Assembly (NCBI GenBank): GCA_000320545.1
Contig: ADNK01001164.1
Location: forward strand, 1-64,000
Origin: Bigelowiella natans CCMP2755
Lineage: Eukaryota > Protista > Cercozoa
Reading direction: 5' to 3'
Length of the DNA: 64,000 nucleotides
In this document: positions 1 through 12,518 of the stretch, in pieces
Layout of the letters: each line of letters starts with the position of its first letter
Position numbering within the stretch: position 1 is the stretch's first letter
Program-made: the position numbers and the translations under genes
Notes under the pieces: generated by a model
What the model was told of the DNA's origin: nothing
The model's database searches: none
What the model saw: only the letters and a program-made list of their open reading frames with translations

Positions 1-147
1 TAACCCTAAGTTAACCCTAACCCTAACCCTAACCCTAACCCTAACCCTTAACCTAAACCAAAACCTCTAACTATAACTAATAACAACAACCACTCTAACC
101 CCAACCCCTGAACCTGAACCCGAACCCGAACCCGAACCCAACCCTAA
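1..147 (+). repeat. Telomeric repeat array (TAACCC)n = TTAGGG on the - strand, with degenerate inner units
   Basis: Tandem TAACCC units from base 1 to about 47, then variants (TAAACC, CAACCC, TGAACC, CGAACC x3) and a last CCCTAA at 142-147. The C-rich strand at the 5' end is the orientation expected at a chromosome left end. Confidence 0.95.
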
Positions 148-510
148 GCATGAATCATTGCATACGCGCGTCGGGCACAGCCTGTGTCATGCCTGCATGG
201 TAAAATGCGGATGCATGAAAAACTCAAAGGGGTGAGACCGCACAAACAACACCATCGAATTGAACACCAACACGTTGTACGTCGTGACCCCAATGTTGCA
301 GCACGCGATGGCACGTGATGCATGTGTGCATCTATGCAGATTGAACCGTGCTTTTGGTGACCATTCACGATCGCGATTTCACAAAGATGCATGGAAACCT
401 GCAAATTGATTTGTGACCACATGATGGCTTTTTTTGAAGCGCAATGAATCAGAACACTGTGCACAGCGACCACAGAAACACGACACTGCTGCTGAAAATG
501 AATGCTTGTA
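148..510. other. Short TpA-depleted, TpG/CpA-rich subtelomeric block
   Basis: About 4 TA dinucleotides in 150-500 by hand count; many CATG/TGCA/CACG words; no credible coding signal. Confidence 0.7.
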
Positions 511-887
511 ATGACAATATTTTTTGGCTCGGGCTGATCATTTGACAGTTACACATGCAATTGAAACTTTTAGCCTTTCATTATTACTATGTCTATTATT
601 TTCAGCTCACTAACAAAGATTGCAGCTAATGATTCTGTACTCGACAACTAATGATTCTGTACTCGACAATCACTGAGACATACCTCAGATCGATCAGTCT
701 TTCAACTGTAAAAGATCGTTTTTTCCCAAATGACTTGCTTTCTGTGTCTTGTCAATGTGTGCGTATGCCATTGCCTCAAATTTTAAGCAAGGAAAAACGA
801 TGCACCAATTTGCATTGATGGTTCCTTAACCCCCTTTTTTTCGTGCAAGTCTTATCCTCTTGAACACCAAAATTTCTATGTAATTAT

Positions 888-2465
888 TTACCACTGTGTT
901 CCTTCTCTTACTCCTCCAGATGTATCAACGCTATCATGGCTCTCTACATGAGTGGCAGCAGGAGGAGAAGCAAAATCGAACTCATTAGGCGATGGAACAG
1001 ATGATTTCTTCAATACTGTTTCTGCCTGGAAAATGGCAGATTCGAGTCTCTCTTTACAGGAGATAAGTTGTCTGACTTCTCTGGGTTTAAGCTCAAGGAG
1101 CATACCGGTTATCTTAGGTGCCGTATCATCGTTGCTAACGAGATTTGATACAAGAGGAAAGAGGATATTGCCTAAAGCCTCACATGATGATGACGATGAT
1201 GATGATGATGATGATGATGATGGATGTTGCTGTTGCTCATGTTTCTTGGTTATTGTTTTGACTTTGTGTGCTCTTACAACTCTTCTTTCTTCAACTTTCA
1301 GAGTCTTGGTAGTGGAAGTAGCAATAGCAGTAGCAGTAGAAGTAGTAGAAACACCAGTAGCAGTAGTCGGGTCTACATCGTAAGAACAGGATACTTGAAT
1401 TCCTTGAATACCATTAAGTAAAATTCCTAGATTTTCCGGGATTGAGCGGTGCGGTGAAGACAAGTTGGTAAGTACCTGCCGCTGCTCATCTTTGTTTTTA
1501 ATATTAATGTCATTCATCATCATGTTTTTATTGTCCCACCCAGAAGAACTCTTGAAAAGGGGGGTAGTAGCAGCTGAAACAGCTGAAGATGACATAGTAG
1601 TTTTGGCAACGTCATCACATCCCTCCCCTTGATGTGCTGTTACTATCACGGATGGATCTGCAGAAGTAGTAGTAGCTTCTCCTACAACATTGCTAAGTCG
1701 TTCATCAAAATGACCGTTGCTAGCAGCATAGTCCCGTGATTGATACATGATACCACTGCATCCATCTGCAGGTACTCGACTTATATGGTGACAGCACCTT
1801 GATTCTCCTACTATTTCACAAGTCTTTCGCAATGCTGGTGCCATGGTTAAAGTAGCAATGGAGGTTTGAGCAGAAGAACAAGGATTCGAGGAAGAGGAGA
1901 GGGAGGAGGAAGAGGAGGAGGCGGATGCGAGAGAAAAATGAGTAGTAGGAGCGGTAGCAGTAGTAGAATTAGTGACAGTAGTTTGAGTAGTAGAACCATT
2001 TAACTGCGGGCTTAAACTTTTTTTTCTCCGATCATTTTGTTGGTGCTGGTTATGCTCATCATGGTGCAGATGAGGATGGTTCTTGAGGAAATATTGCTGG
2101 GATTGGTCGTAATCATAATGAAGATGGTGTTGAAGATTTAAATGATAATAATGATGATGCTGCTTCTTCTCGTCCTCTACTACCACAGCCTTCTCGCTGT
2201 AGTTATTTTCGCTTTGTTGTTGAGACCGATGATGCAGAAGCTTCTCCTTATCCTTTTCAAACCTATTATATCCTCCACTACTTGGGAAAAGTTCTTGGTC
2301 ATCCTTAAAGGATGGATTGGCCCCATAAATATGAGGAGAATAGCGATTGTGAGGATGATGAGAAAGGTGAATACTATGTTGTTGTTGATGATGATGAGGA
2401 TGATGGGGAGAGCGAATAAAACATGCCTTCTGTTGCTGCTGTCTGCGACGATGATGATATCGGCC

Positions 2466-2496
<31 letters not shown>

Positions 2497-5125
2497 ATAC
2501 TACTATCAGTTACGCCACCACCACCACCACCACCACCACCACCACCAGAATGTTGGTTAATGGAATGAGATGATGATGCTTTCACTGCTAATAATCCCAG
2601 ATGCTGCTGCTGCTGGTGGTGGTGGTCGTGAGATGTATTAGTATTATCGAACATGCTACGATGATGATGGGTCGGAAGAACTACTTCTGCTGAAGAAGCA
2701 GCCGCCTTAGCAGCGAGAACGACGTGATGATTTGATGGATGAGTGGTATTCTGATGTCGGTACCGATACTGGTGCTGCTGTTGGTTTGAATGCTGCAAAT
2801 GTTGATGTTGAGTAGCAGCAGCAGCAACTACAATATTGTTTTTAATACTACTACTACTACTACAACTACTACTACCGTTTCGACGGTTCTGAAGATAATA
2901 ATGTCGATATGTTGTGGAATGATGGTACTTTTCAGTTAGGGGGTAGCGACCTCCTCCAACCACTGGATGGTTACTGTAACGGCGATGATTACTACGTCTT
3001 GAAGTTTGGTACCGACTACCACCACCAACTGATGATGTCTCCCTTTCATCGAATGGGTGGCTAAATACCCTACCATTTCGTCGTTTTGCATTGGACATGG
3101 AAAATTTACTGGGAGGTGATGTCAACGAGACGTTTGCATGTGAAGATGAGCTTCCACCTCTACCACCTCTATCTCTTTGGAGTGAGAATCCTCGTGAAAT
3201 GATCGCCGACCCCTTTCGCCCCTCCAACATACGCCTATAGATATATTCACACACATAATGTTAATAATGATAGTTCACTGGTACTTTAATTTCTTACCGA
3301 TATTTTTAATGCGTCGTCGGCGTCTAATACTACTACTATTCGATGATGAACGACAGCAACAACTCGGCTACTACTTTTAACATCTTATTATTGTGTTGTA
3401 CCGCCGGCGTTCATGCCCAGTCATAGCTCTCTCCACCACAAGTTTGCGTCTAAGAATTCCAATTAGTCATCATTTTAGAGGGAAATCATTCATTCAAATT
3501 ACAAAAAAATGTATCATTATTATTGTAAGTAAAAAACCCTGCGGCTGGCAGCAGTAAGTAGTACCCAAATGGCGACGTATTATGCAACTTTCGAATGGCA
3601 GTTTCAGCATCTCTAGCCTCAACAAAGCGAACAAAACACGAGCCGGTGCAAGAAGGAGGGACTCGAACCTAAGATCAGCAGCAGCACCAGCATGGCTTAA
3701 CTAGGGAAAAACAACCAAATTACAACTAAATCGTACGTAATTTAAATGCATGATGACTAAAACCACCCCAACTTATCGTCGATCATCGTCACTAGCCCCT
3801 CTCTATTAGCAGCAGCAGCAGCAGCTAACCGAGTCTACGACACCAAAAAAAAACTAACCGAGTCTACAGCTCCGAAACGTCGTTTTTGGAAGAACGTAGC
3901 TATTTCCTCTCGTGTCCATGATTGAGGAAGACCACGTATGTAAACAGTAGATATCGCTTTATCTGCTTTGTACAACTCCGCTGATACGACCCTTCCTGGA
4001 CATCGTACGTAGCAGTAGACAATAAGATATTATTACACAACTATTAAATGTGCACCTACCACTCCCAGAATCAATATTTGCTTCATTGATACGCTCAATA
4101 GCTGCCTTGGCCTCTATTGCGGATGGAAATTGGGCAAAGGCATAACCAAGAGCTGCCCCAGTATTTCTATCGGTTCCTATCTGAGAAGAGAAACAATATC
4201 ACGTAGATGAATATTTATAATGCATAATAATGGCGAATTATTAAATCTTTCGAATTGGACGAGCCTCGTTCACGCAAGCATATAGTACTGGACTTTTCTA
4301 ACCTTACATGAAACGATACGACTGCCTGAGACATGTACTAACCACTCGAAAAGACCCCGTGCTTCAATGCGGCCCTTTGTAAAAAGAAGGAGGTTATAAG
4401 CTAAAATCAGAGAATGGTATTAATAACTCAAATCTTGCTTTATAATTACATAACAGACAGATATTGTCACATTCTAAGTAGATCTTTGAAAAACTAATAC
4501 TCGCATGAGAATGAATACTTTGTCGAAGTGTCAAATAATACTCACACGGGGATGAATATTTTGTCGAAGTGTCGTTCTACATTTTTTGTGAAAATTACAT
4601 GCTAGTTGTTGTACCCTGGGCAAGTTTTTAATGACAACGTTCGAGTTCTCGACCCGAAGATTCTGCCTTCTTTTAGGGTCACGGAGTTGCAACATAATCC
4701 TGCAGCTAAGAAATATATGTTAACAAAATCTGCTGGATAAAATGGAAGCTGAGACGTACGGTTTTCCGTTGATTTTTCTAAAATTGAGTTCATCAGCAGC
4801 CTTCATTGCGTCCGAAGATTTCTGATAATTAACGTATGCGTAGCCCAAAGACCTGATTTTTATATTTAAGAGCTATTTTCGCGAAAAAATATGATGTAAA
4901 TAACGAAGAACAATACTTCTTCGACTTTCCATCCTTGCAAATTCGTACACTTTCCAGTGGCCCAATTTGTTGGAAGACATTCACCAAGGTCGCCTCATCA
5001 GTGTCGAAAGATAACTCTCCTACCCACAGGGAGCGAGATCGTTCTATCCCGTTATTACCCTGAGCTACAGGACCACCTATAGTAGTAGCACCACTAGTTG
5101 GCCCCGATGGTACTTGCACTGGCAT
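888..5125 (-). CDS. Polyadenylate-binding protein-like: 3 RRMs, long low-complexity linker, C-terminal MLLE/PABC domain; multi-exon
   Basis: ATG at 5125 (MPVQVPSG). Spliced GT-AG exons give [52 protein letters not shown] (PABP RRM1 and linker), ALGYAFAQF (RRM2), [22 protein letters not shown] (RRM3). The last exon has [20 protein letters not shown] (MLLE). Stop at 888. Confidence 0.88.
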
Positions 5126-6432
5126 CTTCTTGTATTTACTCCGGAACCTTCCACGGTTAATAAAGCTGCTGTGGGCGAGAACAAAGGGAGTAAAACTAGA
5201 TCTTTTTATACTAATTTTATATCCCAGTTTCACAGCCCAAAAAGCGATATCCTTGGAAAACAGCTCACGCCTCCTGCTTCGAGTAGTTTCCTTCCTTTGC
5301 TTCAATTACGAACTGTGAGTGGAGTATTAGTTTTCAATAAATTTCAAGCTGAGGAACGACGCTACACTAGTACTGTATTCGTAAAATCGAACGTAACATT
5401 TAAAGAGTAATCTGCACTACCTCCCGAGCAAGGCTGAGCTGAAGGCGAAAGCTAGCCGCCCAGTTGCTGGATGGTCTGCCATCTTTCAGACTTCCAGTGT
5501 TTGCATGTCAAACAACTTTCAGATGCAACTTGTATCCCATTCCAAGTAACAATGTCATAAAAAGACTGGACTTACAAATGTGACACAACAAATTCTTTCC
5601 ATTTCACCCCAAATTTACCTTCAGTGTTTTGTTGATAAGAAATCTGTGGGATTAAAACCCTCCCCAGAAAGTTGCGATTTCGCGGACTTACCGTAATTTT
5701 CCCCAAAAATTAGGCTATATTCGCATGTTCACAAATTTAATAAGAAGTGAAAGGTGCTTCCGAACTTTTTCAAAAGTTTCTTCTTTCCGGAAACGCCCGA
5801 AAAAAATAGGCTGATGTATGTGGCCATTTTCATCATATTTTCCAACTGTCTTCGGAATATTTCTTACAATGGCATGGAAAACAATGAAGCACAATTCCAC
5901 GTTGAGCACGGTGGCATCAACTTTGTTTGGAGTTCCGTCATCAATGTTCAGCTAGGGGTCAGAAGATTGAAATTGTTGATAAGCGAAAAAGCACTTTATT
6001 TCCTTGTAAAAAATGTGCTATTGATGCTACACAGTGATTAACGGATGCATAGGTGTTTGCATGTGCATGCGGTCTGGGCTGATTTCGAAATTGGTGTACT
6101 TCATGTGTAAAATGGCCCAAAATCGAGGCCAACATGGTGGGTGCTGCGTTTTTTCCCTTGTTTTCTAGCGTCTCCTTGTACTCTAATGTTAGTAGATCTA
6201 CATGTAAGCCGATTGCATAGATCTAGTTGGAATCCACTTGTCGCACACGTAACTAGTAGGATATCTTGGAAAAGGTTCATTTTTTATGTTACGACATTGA
6301 TTTCGCCTTTATACGTAAAGTCATCGGATAAATTTGCTTTGACTCTCCCACCACTACTCTCAACCAAAAATCAACCATTTGCGCAAGTGAGTGGCTGTTA
6401 CTTTTTTATATCTCTGGAGCCTTCCCATAAAT

Positions 6433-7354
6433 ATGATGACGAACATGGTCATCACTAGAGTGACGTTGCTTTCAGCAATTGTTGGCGTTTTATCATCTGT
6501 GTCTTCTATAAAGACCCAGCAGCAGAAAACCGCACTGCTTGCAGGGTGCGACATTTTTCACGAGAATCAATGTCAAGGGGATACAATCGTAACGAATGCA
6601 TCGGTAAGAAGACTTCTAATGATCGTCTTTCTACCAAACCTCCTCATGGGATTTACTTACCAATTGCCCGTCCTATCCTTCCCCCATTAGTTCGAGAACC
6701 ACCGTTGGTTTACACCTCCACAGGGCTCAGCAGGATACTTGCCGTCTTTCCAAGACTACAGCGAACTTGTTGCTTATGCCCATGTCCAATATGCAGACCA
6801 AACAAGAGATCAGGCCACTGTTGAGGTAGTAAAAATAGCCCAATCTGTTTGATATATTCATAAGTATGGCTCCCATTTGCTGCTTGTTGTAGGTTCGGGC
6901 AATCCAAAAAGACCCGAGCTTAAAGTTGAAATATTACTTCGATGGAGTCGCTCAAGAAAGTCCAAACAAAACATTTTCCAGTCAAACCTATCCAAATAAG
7001 GTAGTATTTGTATACGGTGGCAATTTAAAAATATCTACTTCGAAGAAGAGAGAGTTAGGGTTATTATACAAAATGTTATTGATAGGGAGGGGGTCAAGAT
7101 GGACATACGTATCCTGCTTCTTTAATTTAATAAAACATACAATGTATATTTAATATCAGACACTGTTGGTATCAATTTCCGACGAATCAGGCTCCAAAAT
7201 TGTGCTAGAACCCGTGGACTTTCTATGGAATAATCCTAATATTGCTTCCCGACATGGTGATTACAGAAATGGGCAAAAAGGAGCAATCGTGGAGATGTTT
7301 GGATGGCCCGACAGTGATGTCGAACAAGAATGCGAGTTTCTATCTAAGGTGGTT

Positions 7355-7390
<36 letters not shown>

Positions 7391-8176
7391 CTGTGATACA
7401 TCTTAGATTTTGTGTTATTATGTCTAAATCATCGTCATAATTGAAGTTGTCATAGATTGTGGTGGTGATGATGCGGATCATTAACGCAATAATAGCACGT
7501 TTCCTACTCCTTCCCCCCCTCCTCCTCTTCCTCCTCATCATCATATTGTTGGAGATCTCTATTAACTAATACTTTATTTTGTCTGGCAAACCACCAATGA
7601 CAGGCTGGATACCTAGGAGCCAAGTTATTCCCCCACCAAGAACAGCTAATGTCCTACGAGCCTTTCAACAATGTCTTAAATCCGTGGTACTTCATGTATC
7701 AGCCTGTTTCGTATCGACTTGAGGGACGTATGGGTAGCCGCAGACAACTACGTGCTCTTATTGATACATGCCGAAGCAAGGGAGTCAGAATGTACGCTGA
7801 TGCTGTCATCAACCATATGACGGGAGGTGGAAATGATATGGGAAATCATAGAAATCCACAGCAGCAATGCGTAACTTGGGGAAATAAGTCGAGTTCCCTA
7901 ATCGGAGAAGGAGGTGATGATGATGATGTTTGATAGAGATAATCTCGTATGCTCCCCTTCTGCCTTCCAGATACAACTACGGAAGTTACATTGAAGACGC
8001 TTTCAAGAGTGCAGGTTTTTCAGCCGACGATATCAATAAGATTAAGATTTGGAATAGTGGATATCCAAAGGAAACAGAAAAGGGCTTGATTAATTGTGAT
8101 CAAAACTCGGCCAAAATTAGATCTGTGATCCAAAATGATGATGCCGATCAACAAAACCCAGGTAGTGGTAGTAGTG

Positions 8177-8209
<33 letters not shown>

Positions 8210-8410
8210 ATAGCAGTATTGGTAGTAAAAAGTTAGGAATAATGAGCATTTGGAGAAAATTGTACATTAGCAGCTGAACGGTATAAATAAGACGAATAAG
8301 GAAGTAAACTACGGCTTATTATTATATGCAATGTTCTGTCGAATTAATTTTCTTTTTCTCCTTAAAGATTTGCATGCAAATAAAGTAAACATACTAAACA
8401 TGCATAATAC

Positions 8411-8452
<42 letters not shown>

Positions 8453-8918
8453 TGTGTGGTGTGTGTGTTGTGTGAATTACGTTGTAGGCATACCTCATGC
8501 AATCTTCCATATATATATCTCTCCTTTCTTAAAACAATATCATTCAGGTTCAAGTTCGCGTGATATGGGAGATGATGGATGCGTTTTGATTAAGGGGTGT
8601 GATGTGTCTGAGCATCGAAATTTCGAAGTCAAACTGTTTGAAAATCCAAATGGAGCACAGGACAATGACAATGATTTTCCGATCAGAGTAGTTCTGTCTT
8701 CATTTTTCTGGTACAACAACGGGGTCCAAGGAATTCCTGATGGAAAATCTGATTGTTCTTTGTGTAAAGTAAATTGCGATTCATGTGAGGGTGTTCCATA
8801 TATTGCTGCATACGATCCAACAAGCAAAGGATATGACAGTGGAAATGGAACCTACACTCGTGTGCACAGGGACGCAGAAATTATCGAAGCAATGCAAAAA
8901 TGGATGAAGATAATGTGA
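6433..8918 (+). CDS. Secreted alpha-amylase (GH13), apparently lacking the central catalytic exons (pseudogene or assembly collapse)
   Basis: Hydrophobic signal peptide; GAIVEMFGW, WYFMYQPVSYRL, GVRMYADAVINHM (GH13 region I), and a C-terminal QNDDADQQNPGSSSRDMG..YTRVHRD segment. No GFRxDAAKH-type or acid/base Glu region is present, and the 7913/7971 junction is out of phase. Confidence 0.85.
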
Positions 8919-9299
8919 GTGCTAAGTCGTTTTTTTTACAAGCAGGCATGGCAACATCTTCATTACCAATGATTGGTGATAGTTCTAGATATTCGTGAAG
9001 CACCGCTAGTTTTATAATACATGCACAGCTTTAAACAGAAATTCACACCAAATTCTCACGATAATCCAAAGAGCCATTGCTCAAGCAGCTCACGCCAGAA
9101 AGTCGAACTACCGCAACTACACAGTCGTTTGGCCAACAATCGCATAAAACGAGGGCTTACTTGCGCGCCGTGCTAGCATGTAATGTGCCCGATAAGCCCG
9201 GCATTCATCATCTGTTCGACGATACGATCACAGCACGACAGCGCATTGCAGCCGTGCAATGAGCGAACTGCGCTATCGCAGCCACACGATGTGGCGGTG

Positions 9300-9617
9300 T
9301 GACATCGCTAGATCGATCAGTTACGTGCTCCAAGTGCACATCTAGCTAGATCTAGATAATAGCCAACAGCTTGATCTATAGCAATAGAGCTAGCTAGCTA
9401 AAGAGCTCGCTAGCTCTCGGAGGTGTGTGCGCGCAAACACATGCACGACTCGCCTTGGCTAGTTAGGATTATTAGTGTCGGGCACATCGCACGTACGCAC
9501 TGCCATCGCCATCTAGCTAGCGCCGACGCCACGCGGATGTGTCGCACTGGCTCGCTAGCTAGAAACATGTGCGACCGACGTGTGCCACGTGCGTGTAGCT
9601 CCAGAGCTGTGCACGAT

Positions 9618-9655
<38 letters not shown>

Positions 9656-11000
9656 CGCAGTTCAAATGACGCGCGTGCCTTCACAAAAAATGAGTTTTCT
9701 CGGCATGAAACCAGAGGTTGGTCTAGCGGTTGGAGCTGAGGTTGAGCGCAATCGAAAACCCTGATTGCGCTCTTCGATCAAAATGAACCAAACAAATTTT
9801 TTCTGGCTCCGTTGGGGTCGCATCATTTCAACACAACAGACAACCAGTCCAAATGAATGCAATTCTCCTGCCACCCCGTTCTCCGTGCACCGCGCGCACA
9901 CTTTTGGTCTAGCGCAGCGATTTTGGTCCAATTTTGGATGCTTGGTTGCAGATTCAGATCCACCTCGCTAGGTCTGTTGGAGCTTCACTAGTTGCATAGT
10001 TCAAGGAAGGTGGCAGCCATTTTCATCAGAATCTAGAGAATGCACTAGGAAATGCTCTCAAGTTGTCTAGGTTGTTTCCAAATGTGAACCATCAAAATGG
10101 CCATTTTGGCGCATTTTTGATGGTTCACTTGGAAACTTGAAAGCATTTCCTAGTGCATTCTGATGGAAATGGTTGACACCTTCCTCAAAGCTCCAATTAA
10201 TGCAATTTCGTCTGGACGGACTTTGAGACAAATGGTTGAATTTTCACACTTGACCACCGTGATGCCATTGTGACAAGCCAAATTTTGATGCATGTTGAGC
10301 AGAAACGCGCGAGCTCTGCGGTGTCCCAACGTACGTCACATGACAATTCACACATGCATGCTCATGCCGCCGCATGCTTCATGCAAATGGCGATCGATTT
10401 TTGCATCAGGCACAAAACGTGCAGAAACACGTGCACGTGATGCGCGCGATGTTGTTGTCTAGTTGTTGCAGTTGAAAACATCCGCCTTGATCGACATGCA
10501 TCACAGATTCATGAATTATTTGTGCATGCTAGCTAGCATGGACTGTTGAATCCACATGTTTGGGGAAAAGTGAGAATTGTGTGCATGAAAGTTCCATCGC
10601 GGACTCAAGCTAGTACGTAAGACTGGCTAGCAGTAGCAGTTAGCTAATGGAACCCGCAAACCGCGCCATGCGCGCGGTTTGAACAACAGCACGTGTTGCA
10701 AATGAGAACGTGTGTGTGTGACCACACTACATGTTCGCACGTGCATGCAGCACGAACACAGCTAGACAGCAGCCTTCATGGCTCCATCTAGCTAGCTGTC
10801 ACTTGATCTCAATCGCGTCATTGTCAAACATCCAGCTAGATGCACGTGTGGACTGACAGTGATGACATGCATGCGATGCGCGCGTGCGGCATCGCATTTT
10901 TTGTTTACGTCTTCGATCATGGCGCGCCATGACAACACGGTTCGATGCATGCGTACTTTTTCTACTACATTTCTGTGCTATGTGACTTCTAGCTCATGTG
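9300..11000. repeat. TpA-depleted, CTAG-retaining intergenic block (degenerate repeat DNA) with a (CA)n tract and inverted repeats
   Basis: About 15 TA in 9601-10560, 11 of them in CTAG (hand count); lies between convergent gene ends; (CA)n at about 9619-9654. Confidence 0.75.
9977..10196. repeat. ~220 bp imperfect palindrome (foldback or MITE-like remnant)
   Basis: Paired arms: TTGGAGCTT/AAGCTCCAA, GAAGGTGGCAGCCATTTTCATCAGA/TCTGATGGAAATGGTTGACACCTTC, GAATGCACTAGGAAATGCT/AGCATTTCCTAGTGCATTC, GTGAACCATCAAAA/TTTTGATGGTTCAC. Confidence 0.8.
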
Positions 11001-11082
11001 AATTCCGCTCGTAGTCTTGTGCTCATCGAAATTCATGCGCGACACGTAATCTGCGCCAGTTTGTTCCGGCTACCTGCAGCTA

Positions 11083-11955
11083 TCATTCTGCATCGATCTC
11101 AAGAAGATCTACTGATGTCTCATCAAATTCCCCTGGCTCTAATCCAGCTAAATCGAAAGGTCCGTATCTTTTGTAGGACAAAAACAGTAAAAGTTGAAAA
11201 CAAACATAAACATGATAAATTGATGCATTGAGACATCATTGCACGATTGTACATCATCATGCTCCTACCTGACACGAATCAGTCGATTCACTTCAAGATC
11301 TGCTGCTGCTAACGCCCGTCTAACCTGGAATAGAACATGGAACAATCTCGATCATCATTATCCTCTTCTTCTTCTTCTTCTTCTTCTTCTTCTTCTTCCT
11401 TTTCTTCTCTACTCACTTCTACTCACTCATTACCTCCCTTTTCTTTCCTTCTGATACAATCACTTTCAACCATCTTGCATGGATGTTATTATCAATATCA
11501 TCAGATATTATCCAAGCCGATGGCGCAAATATAGGAGTGATATCAATAGATCGATATTGAACTCCATCAATTTCTGCACCCTGTATCATCAACAACACAA
11601 ACTTTTTGGAATCATGATCATTGATGAACCACCAAAACTACAGTAACATTATTTTTAATATTAATGATTTCGAGCGCTGTCATCTAAAAATTGACTGCTG
11701 TTTGGAATACAACTTTTGTGACATTGAAATTATTATTATTATTAATAGTAGTAGTAGCAGATGATGACCACATATCAAGTATCGTCTTTCATCATGATCA
11801 TCATTATCATTATCATTACATGTCGAAGTTCCTCGATTTTCTCTTCGTTTGGAGTACCGAGTACCTAGAGAATATATATCTAGCATCTTCACCAGCAACC
11901 ACCACCACTACTACCACTACTACAACTGAGGAAGACACGACACTATGAATCAGAA

Positions 11956-11991
<36 letters not shown>

Positions 11992-12487
11992 GACACAGCA
12001 TTGCTGACTGGCTGACTGACTGCTACAGCCGATCCATGGAATCATAAAATAACCATTGGAAATAATATGTTCTTCTATCAACATACAAACGAATTGATGC
12101 TATTGCTGCTTGTGCTGTACGTGTAAAGCTATTGTTACCACCAAACACATTATCAATTTTAATAATATGTCACTGCTACTACTACTATTTCTACTACTAC
12201 TAATTTTGCCTCCTTCTTCTTCTTCTTCTTCTTCTTCGTTGCTTCATGCTCTTGCTATTATTCTTCCTATCTGCAAACCCTCCTCCTCCTCCTCCTTACA
12301 CTTTGCCATTATTATTACTACAGTACATTACAGTACTGCCTGTTGCTACTTACTTAGTTAGTTACTACCCTGGCTTCGTAGACACGTTGAAACCTATTCT
12401 TAGGGAGCTCCAACCTCCGGGATAGCAGTCCTAAAAATGATAAAAGAAGGAAGGAAGGAAGCTCTTAGTGACGAAGCAGCAGAGAAA

Positions 12488-12518
<31 letters not shown>

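Noticed and set aside
144-473. 109 aa subtelomeric ORF, and similar His/Cys/Met-rich ORFs at 9.4-10, 35.6-36.3 and 44.9-45.6 kb
   Set aside because: By-products of TpA-poor sequence; no homology cues.
9721-9772. GAGCGCAATC/GATTGCGCTC hairpin near CTAG as a Helitron 3' end
   Set aside because: CTAG is common in this block, the flanking base does not fit an A|T insertion site, and no Rep/helicase remnant is seen.
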